Counted from the stretch's first letter, positions 1 through 14,167 are shown. The stretch: DNA of 64,000 bases from Octopus vulgaris (GCA_951406725.2 OX597832.1:58962001-59026000); one strand, 5' to 3'. Notes: generated by a model not told the origin, from the letters alone. Program-made: numbers and translations.

Positions 1-312
1 CAAAAGCTGTCTTGGGTGGTGTTCTGATCAATTTGGATCAATCGAAAGCATTCCTTAGGGTCGACCTACTTAGAAGCCGTCCTAAAAGCAGGCAGTTTCT
101 CAGAAGCCGTCCTGAAAGCAGGCAGTTTCAGACCCGTTTTCAGAAGCTGGATCGCTGCAATGCACAGTGGCACCTGATCAGTGGTCAAAGTAAACGGCCG
201 CTTATTGGAGCCATTTGGCATCGCTCGCTCGGTCAGTCAGGGATGCTTGATGTCGCCTCTTCTGTACGTATTGGCACTCGAGCAACTGCTACAAAAGTTG
301 GAACAGCTGAAG
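1..312 (+). mobile_element. Decayed non-LTR retrotransposon RT fragment (L1/Tx1-like)
   Basis: Two frames give LINLDQSKAFLRVD (cf. LDxxKAFDRV) and VKVNGRLLEPFGIARSVSQGCLMSPLLYVLALEQLL (cf. VRQGCPLSPLLF..LEPL). Frameshifted, with a ~30-bp internal tandem duplication at ~71-129. Runs off the window edge. Confidence 0.85.
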
Positions 313-648
313 AACATCTCTTTCGAATATATACGTCAATATATTGTGTTCTACCGATTTAATCAGTTTTCATAAGAAATTAGAGTCAGCACCGAGTGTT
401 TCGTCTAACTTATTGCAACTTAATACCAATGCTGTACGTAAAATTGGAAGAAACGATTATGGTTTATATACATCCGTAAAGAACCCCGCAGTGTAAACAA
501 TTAGCATAATCGAAGAATTAGCAAATTGTAAAGTCGAAGAATTTTTTCGGAATGGCGCCTCTTTGATACTAAATTCGAACTTATTAGAAGTTAGTATCGA
601 TGCAGTACATAAATATGGAACGAAAGTAAATATATATGTGTGTGTTTG

Positions 649-690
<42 letters not shown>

Positions 691-692
<2 letters not shown>

Positions 693-1093
693 CGCAGGAG
701 TGGCTGTGTAGTTAGTAGCTTGCTTACCAGCCAGATAGTTCCAACTTCATTCTCACTGCGTGGCACCTTGGGCAAGTGTCTTCTACTATAGCCTCGGGTC
801 AACCAAAGCCTTGTGAGTCGATTTCGTAGACGGAACTGAAAGAAGTCCGTTTTATATATGTATATATACATGTATGTGTGTATGTTTATGTGTCTGTGTT
901 TGCCCCCCAACATCGCTTGGCAACTGATGGCGGTGGGTTTACGTCACCATATCTTAACGGTTCGGCAAAAGAGACCGATGGAATAAGTACTCGGCTTCCA
1001 ACCAATAAGTCCTGGGGTCGATTTGCTCGGCTACATGCGGTGCTCCAGCATCGCCGCAGTCAAATGACTGAAACAAGTAAAAGAGATAAAAGA

Positions 1094-1095
<2 letters not shown>
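691..1095 (+). mobile_element. tRNA-derived SINE family A (CORE-like), full length
   Basis: Head GGCGCAGGAGTGGCTGTGT, CORE-like GGCACCTTGGGCAAGTGTCTT, internal TA/TG microsatellite, tail CCGCAGTCAAATGACTGAAACAAGTAAAAGA. At least 7 further copies in the window. Confidence 0.85.
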
Positions 1096-1130
<35 letters not shown>

Positions 1131-1788
1131 CTATGTGCATCAATAAAGAGATACGCGCACTGAAAACAATCAGAAATTCTGAGAATTAGCTAAACATAAA
1201 AATCAAAGCGTCTTTGACAAATAACGCTACTTTGGTGGCTCACATCGAAATTAATGGAACTTCACAGAATCATCAGATCAAATGCACCAGCGCTGCACTA
1301 ATACCTGCTGTCCGTATTCGGTGACCTTTCATTCTCTATCATCTTATTATTATCTACGATTATACGCATTAAATTTTCTATTCTTTTTACCTATTACTGT
1401 TTCATTGCTACTGTAATATATTCGGTGCTCTTTGGGGGTAGTGATCAAAGTGGAGCAATGTGATTATGCATCTAGCTGTGTTCGTTTACAACTAGTGTGG
1501 GCCGAGTGTATATAAACGGAAGTCTCGTTATATTTACGTCAGGATTTCCTGTAAGAAAACAGTTATATGTATTTAACGTGTGCAAAAATAATTCGTTTGA
1601 GTTAAGTATTGCTGTCTTGTTTCGTTTTTAACTGTGTCATATATATTTATCACAATATATATATATTTGTGTGAGTGTATATGTGTGAGTGTATACGTGT
1701 GAGTGTATATGTGTGGGTGTATGCCCGAATGGATATGCCAGTGTTTCTGAAGGAATATATACGTATATGTGTGAGTGTGTTTTATATA

Positions 1789-1844
<56 letters not shown>

Positions 1845-1903
1845 TGTATATATATACATACATGTATATATATATATGCATATATATATATATACATATA
1901 CAT

Positions 1904-1945
<42 letters not shown>

Positions 1946-1994
1946 GAATGTATATATATACATATATATATATTCACGCATATACCTATATATA

Positions 1995-2026
<32 letters not shown>

Positions 2027-2039
2027 ACTGTATGTGTAT

Positions 2040-2725
2040 TTTTTAATGTTTAAAAGTAACATGGAAAAATAAATAGTTAGCAGGGTAGCAAAAATAGGTA
2101 ACAGCCTACTTATAAAGGTAGAAAATCCAGGTTTAGGTGAAATGTTTTTGTATCATATAGATAAATAAATAAATGGAGTTAAACGCAGGTGTTATTTAAA
2201 TCTTTTTACTTCTGACATATGTTTCGAAGAAAACATTGTTATTATTCCAGAAGAAATAAAATGTTTAAATCAAGGCCATCTTTTCATCAAGAAAGAAAGA
2301 AACCAAGCACATTAATAAAACATTTTAACAGAATGTGATGACTCCGTATATGATGAAGGGAACGCTAGCAAGTTTAAAAAACCCGTTAGTCGATATAACG
2401 TCAAAGGTTGTTCATAGAAAGAGAATAAGGAGGAAGAAAGAAGTTAGCAGAAAAATAAACGTAGAGAGATATAGAGCGATAGGTGAATAGAAATAAAGCT
2501 TAAAGTTTTGGGAGTAGATATATTGAGAAGACAGTCAAAGGTGGCATTTTATAGTATGGTAGAAATCACATATGGGAACTGAAGGTATGTTTTTGCCAAT
2601 GTTTGCAACGATAAACGCATTCTATAAACGTGTTTACAAGAGGACTCTCTGAGAACTTGATGAAATACCTTTCATCGTTAAAAAGCGGACAAAAAAGATT
2701 TACTTTTATCATATATTATCATAAG
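2040..2725 (-). mobile_element. Penelope-like terminal-repeat remnant with degenerate hammerhead motif (2208-2295)
   Basis: Minus strand reads TTGATGA-AAAGA...TCTT-CGAAAC-ATAT-GTC-AGAAG (palindromic stem III ACATATGT, GUC triplet). TA tracts on both sides; weak inverted echo near 2690-2705. Confidence 0.5.
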
Positions 2726-2815
2726 ATATATATATATATATATGTATATATCTGTATGTATATATATTTATATATATGTATATATATACATATAACTAAT
2801 ACATATGTATATATA

Positions 2816-2846
<31 letters not shown>

Positions 2847-2879
2847 ATATATACGCACACACACACACACATATGTAGT

Positions 2880-2985
2880 AGAGACACGTGGCTTAGTGAT
2901 TAAGGTGTTGCAATCATGATCGCAAGATTGGGTTGCTTGGACGTGTTTTGTTCTTAAGCAATACACTTAAATTCATGTTGCTGCA
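2880..2985 (+). mobile_element. Degenerate tRNA-derived SINE (family D) 5' part
   Basis: A-box-like GTGGCTTAGTGATTAAGG and CORE-like GTTCTTAAGCAATACACTTAA; similar to 25233, 47066 and 52365. Confidence 0.55.
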
Positions 2986-3049
2986 TGAATTACTAATCCT
3001 GTGACTCGAGAAGGTAACTATACCATACCTTACTTAACATGCATACATA

Positions 3050-3099
<50 letters not shown>

Positions 3100-3111
<12 letters not shown>

Positions 3112-3599
3112 TGTAGTTGTGTGAGTGTCTGTCCCCTTCGATTTAGATTCCTAACTCCTCCCACATTTTGCGTGCAGTTTAACCAAATTCGGGTATCTTA
3201 TAGTCGTGATTCATATCGAGCCCGTCTGACTATTACGCGCGTCAACGATGAGTCTACGATTTTAAAAATAATTTAACATCATTTTTTATTCCATTTTAAT
3301 GCATAAAATGCATCGTATGTCGATGGCGGCGGAGTTGGCGTCCACGCTCACAGCTGCACCTGTTTGCTTCTCCCCCTTCCCTCCCTCGTGAAGTTGTGGG
3401 GAAGGGAGTGTAAAGAAATCAACGTCGTAATGCGTTGTGAAGGAAACCAGCGTTCTTTTAGAACAACGACTTCATGGCTTGAAGACACCAAAACAAAAAT
3501 GGCTAAGAAAGCCCGAATTTATAAGGGAAGTAACTCTCTAAAAATGATTATATAGTTATTTCCCTTACAAACCCGAGCAACGTCGGGCGATACTGCTAG
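3100..3599 (+). mobile_element. Non-autonomous Helitron-like element, copy 1
   Basis: Starts TATATAAAACTG in a TA tract; 3' end has GC-rich hairpin CCCGAGCAACGTCGGG followed ~9 bp later by CTAG|T. Confidence 0.8.
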
Positions 3600-3992
3600 T
3601 TTATATATAAAAGTGAAGTTGTGTGTCTGTCTCCTACGATTTAGATTCCTAACTACTCCCACATTTTGCGGTGCAGTTTAACCAAAACCGGGTATCTTAT
3701 AGTCGTGATTCATATCGAGCCCTTCTGGGTATTAGCGTGCGTCTACGATGAGTCTACGATTTAAAAAAAAATTACCATCATTTTTTTCCATTTTAATGCA
3801 TTTTTTCGCTATTATATAAGTGAAGTAACTCTCTAAAAATGTCTACGATGAGTCAACGATTTAAAAAAAAAATTACCATCCTTTTTTTTCCATTTTTAAT
3901 GCATTTTTTGCTAATTTTTGGCTATAACTCTCTAAAAATGCTTATATAGTTATTTCCCTTACAAACCCGAGCAACGCCGGGCGATACTGCTA

Positions 3993-3993
<1 letters not shown>
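3600..3993 (+). mobile_element. Non-autonomous Helitron-like element, copy 2 (head-to-tail with copy 1)
   Basis: Shares the 5' ~200 bp and 3' ~75 bp with copy 1; ends CCCGAGCAACGCCGGG-CGATACTG-CTAG|T; internal ~90-bp duplication starting GTCTACGATGAGTC. Confidence 0.8.
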
Positions 3994-4050
<57 letters not shown>

Positions 4051-4670
4051 CTGCATATAATTAACTAAACAATCTATAAATCCTTACTTAACCAATAACA
4101 ACGAACTACTCTGCAAATCCAGAGTTTATTTAACAAATTCTCTCTTACCTAACCGCGTGCGTTTTAAAATGTCATTTGGCAGACATACATTTCCAAACAT
4201 GCTCAGTTATTGAAAATATCTCAAACATCCTAATTCAGAAACAGACTCTTCAGTTAACCATTTCTAAAGGCCAAGCATCAGAACAGAAATATATTTCTCT
4301 ATATAATCTATAATCGATTTTCCTAGGTTTCTCAAACTAATAATGTTCAATACACAATTTGGAATCAATAAAGAGACCTTTTATAAAATTGCTTGTTTAA
4401 TCTTCAAAACTGCATTTATAGGTAAACACACATTTATGCGTACATATTGACATACGAATAAACGCACCCATATACAATAGAACCGACACGTGAGTAAATA
4501 TTGATATGAGTGTATGTATGTGCGGATGTACATGCAATACATGCAAATATGTACATGCACAAATGTCTGTGTGTATGTATGTATCTATATACATGTGTGT
4601 ATATCCTTATATTTACATAAACATATAGCTATGTATATGTACGCGCGTGTATATACACATACATACAACT

Positions 4671-4714
<44 letters not shown>

Positions 4715-4753
4715 CTACATACACATATGTTTGTGAGTGTAAATATATATATA

Positions 4754-4801
<48 letters not shown>

Positions 4802-4878
4802 CATCTTCATTTATATACCTCTATCTAGCTGTCGGCACATCGCTCGATAAATCAATCAATCAATCACTCAATCAAACA

Positions 4879-5027
<149 letters not shown>

Positions 5028-5577
5028 TATATCTGTGTATGTATGTATATATATATATATGTGTGTGTGTATATATGTATGTTTGTATGTACGTATGTAT
5101 GTATGTATGTATGTATGTATGTATGCGCACACATATATATATATATTTCATTTTATGTGAATTAATATCAAATTTGAACGTTCGGTTCGTATGTAAAATT
5201 TCAATGGCCTGTCGCTTATTCACAGGATTCCTAAAGGGTGGGAGTGAATTATCAGCAACATTTCACCCTCAAACGTCTTGTGTTGTCGGAGAGTCGGTGA
5301 CTAAATTAGCAACTCCGCCATAACTGCTCGGAGAGAAACGTGATTTTCGATATAATATATGATGAAAAATACGACCTTTGTACAGGCGGATCTAAGCAAG
5401 ACTACTCACTAGTGTATACATTTGAACATGCAATAAAACCAGTCAAATATTAAATTCAAGGAATATTTAATATTTTGAACCTACCATTATATTTAGTTCA
5501 CATTCAATTAAAACTTCCACTGCTACTTCTTCAAAGTCTCGAAGCCACTGCCCGCTGGCCTTTCGTTTGTGTGTTTT

Positions 5578-5654
<77 letters not shown>

Positions 5655-5659
<5 letters not shown>

Positions 5660-5850
5660 ACAAAGAACTAAAAAAGATGTCCAGGTATTAGTGCATTACG
5701 GCCGTTTCAAGTGGCTCCAACGGCCCTAACGCACTGGACATCCTTGTTACTTATTTGCTTTTTATACACATAAATTCAATCTGTGCGGACAATACTGAAC
5801 AGACTTGGTACCTCAAATTAAGTGTCTAATTTAACTAAATTAGGTATATA
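5655..5850. mobile_element. Small fold-back PLE-type remnant with partial HHR
   Basis: Inverted arms GATGTCCAG..GTGCATTACGGCCGTT (5676-5706) and AACGGCCCTAACGCACTGGACATC (5719-5742); minus strand reads GAAAC-GGCC-GTA; abuts (TA)n. Confidence 0.5.
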
Positions 5851-6171
5851 TGAACGATGGAATCCAACTACATGACGATCATTGTGGCGAAGTCACTTAC
5901 ATTACCAAATTTTCGAAACTCATCCAACGGAAAATATTATAAACAGATTATGGTCTTTCGTGACTGCTTTTTACCGTTTTATTCAGTTTGTTGCTCTTCA
6001 ACCTCATCAAAAACCCTAACACTCTCTAGATAGTGTCTACATAAATAAATTATTGCGGTAATATTTTCAGCAAAAATGACTAGGGTCCCACACGAAAGTA
6101 CTGGAACTAAACTATGCAGGTAGGGTTAGATTTGCTCCCCGCACACATAATAGCTTCTACAGTATATAACA

Positions 6172-6520
6172 TAGTGGCGGCGCAATGGCCCAGCGGGTAG
6201 GAGAGCGGACTCGCAGTAGTGGGTGTTTATTGAGTGAAAACACCTAAAGCTCCACGAGGCTCCGGCAGGGGGTGGTGGTGAACCCTGCTGTACACTTTCA
6301 CCACAACTTTCTCTCTTTCTTTCTTCCTGTTTCTGTTGTCCCTGTATTTCAAAGGGCCAGTCTTGTCACACTCTGTGTCACGCTGAATCTCCCCGAGAAC
6401 TACGTTAAGAGTACAAGTGTCTGTGGAGAGCTCAGGCACTTACACGTTAATTTCATGAGCAGGCTGCTCCGTTGATCGGATCAGCTGGAACCCTCGTCTC
6501 GTAACTACGGGGTGCCAAGA
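6172..6520 (+). mobile_element. tRNA-derived SINE family C
   Basis: A-box-like GGCGCAATGGCCCAGCGGGTAG; the 3' half (CAAAGGGCCAG...CTGGAACCCTCGTC) recurs at 52495-52660 and partly at 47225-47265. Confidence 0.65.
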
Positions 6521-6585
6521 GATGTAACACAGCTTTGTAGAGTGTGCACTGGATAGAAACTTGTACGTATTTACAGCGTTTAAAG

Positions 6586-6966
6586 CAGAATTTCTAAACC
6601 ACATTTTGTTACCTATGGACCATTTTGATTCCTCTACTACTCAGGTGGCCCCTTCTAGGCATGTTTAAAAAAACAATCATTATACTTTTTAAAATTAAAT
6701 ACTGGGAATTGTATTAAAATATGTTAAAATAGTTTGTGTTTTACACAGAGGTACAACCAATTTATTGTAGATAAATATTTGTTTCAAATTTTGGCACAAC
6801 ACCAGGAATTTTCCGGAAGAGTGCCAGTCGATTACATCGGCCGCAGTGTTGAACTGGTACTTAATTTATCGACCTCCGAAATGATGACAGGCAAAGTCGA
6901 CATAGTAACGACAAAATCTTATATTAACCCCGAAGGGCCATATGAACCAGGACTGTGACTTCCTGT
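6586..6966. mobile_element. Degenerate hAT/Charlie-type MITE interrupted by a SINE B fragment (6785-6902, minus)
   Basis: Left end CAGAATTTCTAAACC resembles the CAGTGGTTCTCAACC TIR type; ATGGACC-like subterminal motifs at both ends; inserted piece matches SINE B (ACTGGTACTTAATTTATCGAC..GGCAAAGTCGAC). Confidence 0.5.
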
Positions 6967-7742
6967 TTCAAATTATTCATAATCTTTTATTTGCGGTGAC
7001 TAAAAACAGGTCATGCAAGCACAATTATGCATTTCAGAGAGCGAGGTAATTTTGGGAAATACACATGTCTCTGTACACACACTCACAAGGATGCAGAGAC
7101 ACAAACAAACATGCTCACACACACACACAAATACTCGCACACAAACGTACACACACACTCACACAAACACGCACACGCATAAATCTGGGCGTCATTTTAA
7201 GACAACGATTTCATTATTAGTCTTCACTAGAGAAAGTTCATCCTCCTACATGCATCCGCACTGACAAAATATTGGCAGAAAACCCTATATTGTCAGGTAT
7301 CATGGCCTCATTGAGCATCTGGAAGCATTTCCAGAAAGTCAAATGTTTGAGAACTATAATTGAACCAGGAACCACATGGTTCATGATTCGAACTTCACAA
7401 ACACCCAACGAGATTTATGCCAATATTTTGCATAAACCAATTTATTTTCAATAATCGTGAAACAAAGACTTCACTCTCAGTCCTCGAATCCTTTCCCTTT
7501 CATTTCCTTTGTAACTCATATTTCATATTTGATTTCAAAAACTTCGTTATTTGCTTTCTCCTCGTAGCATTTACTATCTCTAATGCTCCAATCTCTTTCT
7601 ATCCCTTTCTGTCTCACTCTCTCTGTCTCTCTCTCTGTCCTTATATATATATATATATATATGTACATATATATGTTCACGGACACACACACACACACAT
7701 ATACGCACTACACACATACGCAGACACACACACACTCACACA

Positions 7743-7798
<56 letters not shown>

Positions 7799-9078
7799 CT
7801 CATATACACATATATATGTACATATATAAGATTTCTTTTCAATTGAAGTATTAGTCCTTAGCTACATACGGGAGTTTTAACAAAACCTCACAAATTTAGG
7901 CTATGAAAAAGCTATAGACAGACACACACAAAGAGTGAAAAATAGACAAATACACATACATACAGTCAGGCAGAGCGAGAGACAAAGATACATACAGACA
8001 TACAAGAACAAAATTGCAAAGCAAGGTAGTTAAGCGATAAGGGAGAAGCTCAAACGAACACATTTCACAGATCGCTTTCAACCTATCTATTTCGTCTCAG
8101 GATTCTTCCCCTCTATGCTACCACTACGGCTTCCTCACCCATTCTAACTCTCTTAGCCCCCTCTCTCTCTCTTTGTTTTTCTATCTCTTCTTATATCTTC
8201 TGTCTCGCCTTGACTCTTCACTTAGTCTCAAAAGAAATAACTCCGAAATTAACCTTCTGTAAGCACATATTTTAACGTTGGCTTTCGTGAAATTTATCGC
8301 TTTTTCTAATGTCGTGAGCATTTAATATCCCAACGTAAGCAAAAGGACAAGAAGGCACAGACTGCTATGTATATTATATAGACACAGACATAATTATATA
8401 TTTTCATATACGTATAAAGAACCGACCACACACACACACACACACACAAACAGAAACAGAAACAGAGGGAATGACATCGTCGCATCGAGAAACTTTCTCA
8501 GTGCACACTCGGTCATTTTTCTTCTTAGTTGTTTCTTAATCTCCACAGAAGCGAACGACTGCAAACAGATATATTTACCTTTCAAACAGCGAACGGTAAA
8601 TATATACATGAATATATAAACAGATACATACATAAATACATGCATACATACGTACCTGCATACATACACCCTATTTACTAAATGTTCAGAAATGGCATCA
8701 ACCTTTCCGGAGACTCGTATAGATGAACGCCATTAATGTTCAAAGTTATTCAACCAATCCCTGATGTAACAAATAAAACATACTATTCCACGCAAAGTCG
8801 CTGCTCACTGCTTTTCTCTTTCAAACAACATTCTATCTTTCTCCCTCTTCTTAATACACACACACACACACACGTATACACAAACACACACACACGTATA
8901 CACACACACATACACATATATATATATATACTTGCGTAGACACATGTATTTGCCATCTTCGTAGATATATATTTATATAATCATAGTTATATAAAAGAGT
9001 ATTTGATGTGTCTATATACAGGAATGTCTGTATATATATATATCTATACATATATCTATATATATCTATATATATATG

Positions 9079-9127
<49 letters not shown>

Positions 9128-9139
9128 ATATATATATGT

Positions 9140-9184
<45 letters not shown>

Positions 9185-9266
9185 CATATATATATATATG
9201 TATATAAATATGTATATATTGCTGACCTCATAAGGACATACATATATATATGCATATATATATATG

Positions 9267-9350
<84 letters not shown>

Positions 9351-9959
9351 GTATATTTTTCTATGTATGTATATATCACTCACGTGTACAGATTTCGATA
9401 TAAATTTATACGAGTTACTGTGCATGTGTATATGTACGTGTGCGTGTGAGAGAGTGTCCTACTTTGCCGTTTTGTTCATTGTCTCGACTGCCTGATATGT
9501 CTGCTAAAACGTTGATTACTACGAAAGCAAATCACCATTGAAAGAGACAATATTGATCAAAGTTGTCCTTATTTTTTTCCGCAAAGTTTCCTCTACAGAA
9601 ATTTGAATATTAAAATATCGATTGGCTTAACCGGTCCTCTTGTTCTCTCTCATTTTCGATAAACTAAACTTATTTTGATGTCGTTCATCTGAGACATATA
9701 TATATAAGTGTACATTCATATTACAGACACACATACATACACACACACATTCACACACACACACATATATATATACGTATATATCTATATTCATATGTAT
9801 GTATATATATATACTTATATATACACATATATATATGTATATATAGGTGTATATGCATATATATTTATATATATATACATGTATACATATTCAAAGAATA
9901 TTTGTGTATATATATTTGTTTATGTGTATATATACATAGATATCTATACATATATATAT

Positions 9960-10015
<56 letters not shown>

Positions 10016-10185
10016 CATATATAGATATATGTATATACTTATATATTCATATATACATATATCTACAGATATGTACATAAAGGCATACTGTATAGATATG
10101 TGCGTACATATGTGTATATGTATATATCCGTATACATTTATATGAATATATATACAAATCTACACACACATATTTATATATATAT

Positions 10186-10228
<43 letters not shown>

Positions 10229-10280
10229 TGATATACGTATATATATATATCTACATGTATATACATATATATACGTACAC

Positions 10281-10338
<58 letters not shown>

Positions 10339-10913
10339 ACATACACATGCACACACATACGCACAAACACGTTGTTCTCTTTAGAGTTTTTTTAAATTGC
10401 ATTATTAATTTACTATTAATTTATTATTAATTTATTATTTATTTATTATCAACGTTGAAAGAGTTGCTGTTGTTGCAAATAGTTTTTCTTTATTCCTATC
10501 GTATCATGGAGGTCACTTATTAATCTTTATATGTTTGTCATCGACCCTGTTATTGCTGTTCTTGTTGTTAGACTTATATTTCCTTGTTTTGCGAGTATAC
10601 ATCATTGTTCATGTTACAGCTGATGTCGTTGTCTCTTGTTTATTGATCTTGTTGTTTTTCCACTCAATTGTCTGATTCTGTCATTGCTGTCGTTGTGGCT
10701 CGCTTTTAATTCTTTGTTATTATGTATCTTGTGGTTTTGTTTTGCGTGTTTTGTTGTTGTGGTTGGTTGGTCTTGTCACCGTTAATGTCTTTGTTGGTTT
10801 TGCTTTGTATTACTTCTAACCGCTAGATGTATACGTATGCGTGTATATGGTTACGTATATATACATACATACATACATACACACACATATATATATGTAT
10901 ATATCTATATCTA

Positions 10914-11054
<141 letters not shown>

Positions 11055-11055
11055 A

Positions 11056-11132
<77 letters not shown>

Positions 11133-11739
11133 GTATATATACATTCATTCTTTTATTCTTTTATTTATTTGTTTCAGTCATTTGACTGCAGCCATGTTGG
11201 AGCAACGCTGTGTGGTGAACTCGGTATATGTGCATATGTATATGTTTATATAATATTTAGCAGAAGCAACACAGTGACGCAACTTCGGAGAGATTCCAAC
11301 GTCGTCAATTATGAAAATTTTCTGAAGTGCCAATGCACGAAGAACTCGGACCAGGAGTTACTTTGCTTCTTCAGCTAAATATTAATAATGGAATAAATAC
11401 ATGCATATAGTAAGATTTTCACAAGAGAAATTCCCAAAAGAGGGAGAAAATGTAACGTCGATAAAAAAAAACATGAGAGCAAAGCGCCCTTTCTCGATAT
11501 ATATATATATAATTAATAATATCAAAGTAATAAGAAATTTAAGAAATCTCACCTACCAGTGGCTTCGCGTGTAAAATTATTGATAATATTTTCTGGATAA
11601 TTTTCGAATTGAAAAGCCGGCATTTTTATTTACTGCCGACAAGGAGCTACGCCTGCGAGGTACATTTGAAAAATTAGAACGTATAAGCACGCGGCATATA
11701 CTGGATTGCATCGTGTATATATGTTTAATCAAAGGTGTA

Positions 11740-11807
11740 CCTGCTGAAGAAGACATCGCCTAGAAAATGATTTTATTTGCTAAAAAAATCTGAAACCATG
11801 GTACAGG
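11740..11807 (+). ncRNA. Minimal type I hammerhead ribozyme motif, canonical core
   Basis: CCTG (stem I)-CTGAAGA (core)-AGA..35 nt..TCT (stem II)-GAAAC-CATG-GTA-CAGG (stem I'). Stem III ACCATGGT is palindromic; predicted cleavage after A11803. Confidence 0.75.
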
Positions 11808-11943
11808 AGTTAGATGGTAAATGTTTTATTTTTCATTCCCTTCGAAATTTTATCCCTAATAGTGGTTTGGAATTTAACTGTTCTATCTAGTGTGCAGGGA
11901 ATCCTATGATGGATGCCTCTTATGTGTTTAAATGTACACTGTA

Positions 11944-12020
<77 letters not shown>

Positions 12021-12027
<7 letters not shown>

Positions 12028-12240
12028 CAAAATAAGCAGCAAGGATATCCAACGTAGTGTAGTACAATTACAGTGTTTGATAAAATGAAGTAGCATGAAA
12101 CGATTGTACTACACTACCTTGGATATCCTTGTTGCTTATTTTGACTATATATTTTGTTTTTCACGTATCTACTTGTATATGTTGGACCATGTAAAATATT
12201 GGAGAAAGAAGCCCAGCTTCTTGTTATACATACCAATACA
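12021..12240. mobile_element. Fold-back PLE-type remnant with partial HHR
   Basis: 48-bp inverted arms 12021-12068 and 12103-12150 with about 3 mismatches; GAAAC-GATT-GTA at 12097-12108; left arm abuts a long (TA)n. Confidence 0.65.
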
Positions 12241-12244
12241 TACA

Positions 12245-12376
12245 TAGAAAGCAAATATTTTCAGGTGTCTTTACGATACAGTTGTAGAGCCTCAATTCGC
12301 TATTTTGTTGCTTAGGCCCCACCAACATATTCTATGGGCCATCAGGATCCGCAGGGACCCCGATTGAGAACCACTG
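12245..12376. mobile_element. One end of a hAT/Charlie-type MITE
   Basis: Ends GGGACCCCGATTGAGAACCACTG (reverse complement CAGTGGTTCTCAATC), a hAT-type TIR. Confidence 0.55.
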
Positions 12377-13321
12377 AGTTAAAGCAAACAAGGTGTTTGT
12401 GTGGTATTTCATGTATTCACACAATGAATATCTGTCAGGTGAATATGCAATGGTAATCTTCTCAGCATTTGAAGTCGCTGCCAAAATTTACTTAGCTAAA
12501 TGCAACGAAACATTTAATTGGCGTTGGCGGAAATAAGGAAAGAAACATTTCACGACTTAGATTTTTTGGTCTGCTATTCTGTTTATTTTTGTTCTTGCTG
12601 TCGTTGTGGCTAGTTTTGATATTGTTGCTGATGTGTTTGTTTTTGTGGGCGTTTTTTAAAAATTTTGTTGTTGATGTTTTTCGTTATTTCTGTTGTTGCT
12701 TTCTTGTTGCTATTGTTTCTTTGTTCTTTGGTTGAATACAACCTTCCCTCATGAGAGGAATTGTGATTGAGCAACAATCCAAAAACAGAACCACACTATG
12801 GTCATTTGTAGTGCTAGAAACAGCAGTGGTTACAACGGGAACGTCTTATCTGACATTATGTAATATGTCTATTTTCATATATCCCAGGCCAGCATGAAGC
12901 CATGTCATGCCGTTTTTTTTCTTAATCCTAGATCGTCCGTGACTGAACCAGTAATATAGTATAAAATCTCCCCGAAAATCCAACCCCTTAAACACATTTC
13001 TTTATACCACTTATCACATATCAAATAAATACATCAACTAATATCCACATAAGCATCACTTTTAAGACGGTAGGCTCATTACCAGGATACTCGACTGATA
13101 TTTCTAGCAGAGCAGGTAACATGATAGTTGCTCCGTTGCTAGCTCGTTATGTGAGACATCATATCTGGTTGTTATTTCCTAGCATTTCAAACAACCATGT
13201 AGAGGTTGGCTCAAAGTCTAACTTCTACGTATATAATTGCCTGTGTTCAATAACACACACTTCGATTCCACAAGGATATCATAAACGTTGCTTAATCACA
13301 GTCATTGACACACACGAGTGT

Positions 13322-13376
<55 letters not shown>

Positions 13377-14167
13377 CCTTTTATATCAACTTTAACCACA
13401 CAATTATAGCGCGCTTTTATTTCCTGCTAACCAGTACAAAACGAGGCTGTTCGCTCTCCTTCGTTCTTCACTTTGATCTTCTGATGGCCATATTGGTTAT
13501 TGCTCGATTGACTATTAATGTAGTAATAGCATAATTAACAGCAACCGCAAAACGACCATTAGTAATAATAATAACATTAACAACAGCACCACCACCACCG
13601 CCGCCAATAATAATAATAATAATAATAACAATAATAATAATAGTCCTCACTTTATATAACCGCCGAGGGCAATTACATGAAATTCATTCATACATACAAA
13701 CATGAAACGTTAAAAGGAGGGCTTACAAAGAGTTGCTGCGTAGGACGAACATGTTATACGTTATAAGCGATGGGAGGGCAGAAAGACAATTTCCAATGGA
13801 TGTGGTGAGATGTTTGGAAATCTATAAAATAAAAACCGTACAAATAATTACATTGGGTAATTAAAACGGTAAAATAAACACACGGTTTAAATACGGTTCA
13901 AATTATTGGGTCAAGCCGCGTACATGTAGGTGAGAACCTTCCAAATAAGTCGATCAGAGCGTATATATCATTTCTGATTGTGTTGTCTATTCACTTCCTT
14001 CGTGCAGTATTCAAAAATGATTAATCGAGGAATTTGCAAGAGCAGCCGATTGTGTAAAGTGGCCACGTTAATACCTAGGTTTTGCAATCTGTCAAATGCT
14101 AAGGAGAGCAAACCAACATCGGGGCAAACTTCTCTGATAACCAAAGCTTTTTATGATCCTTGTAATA

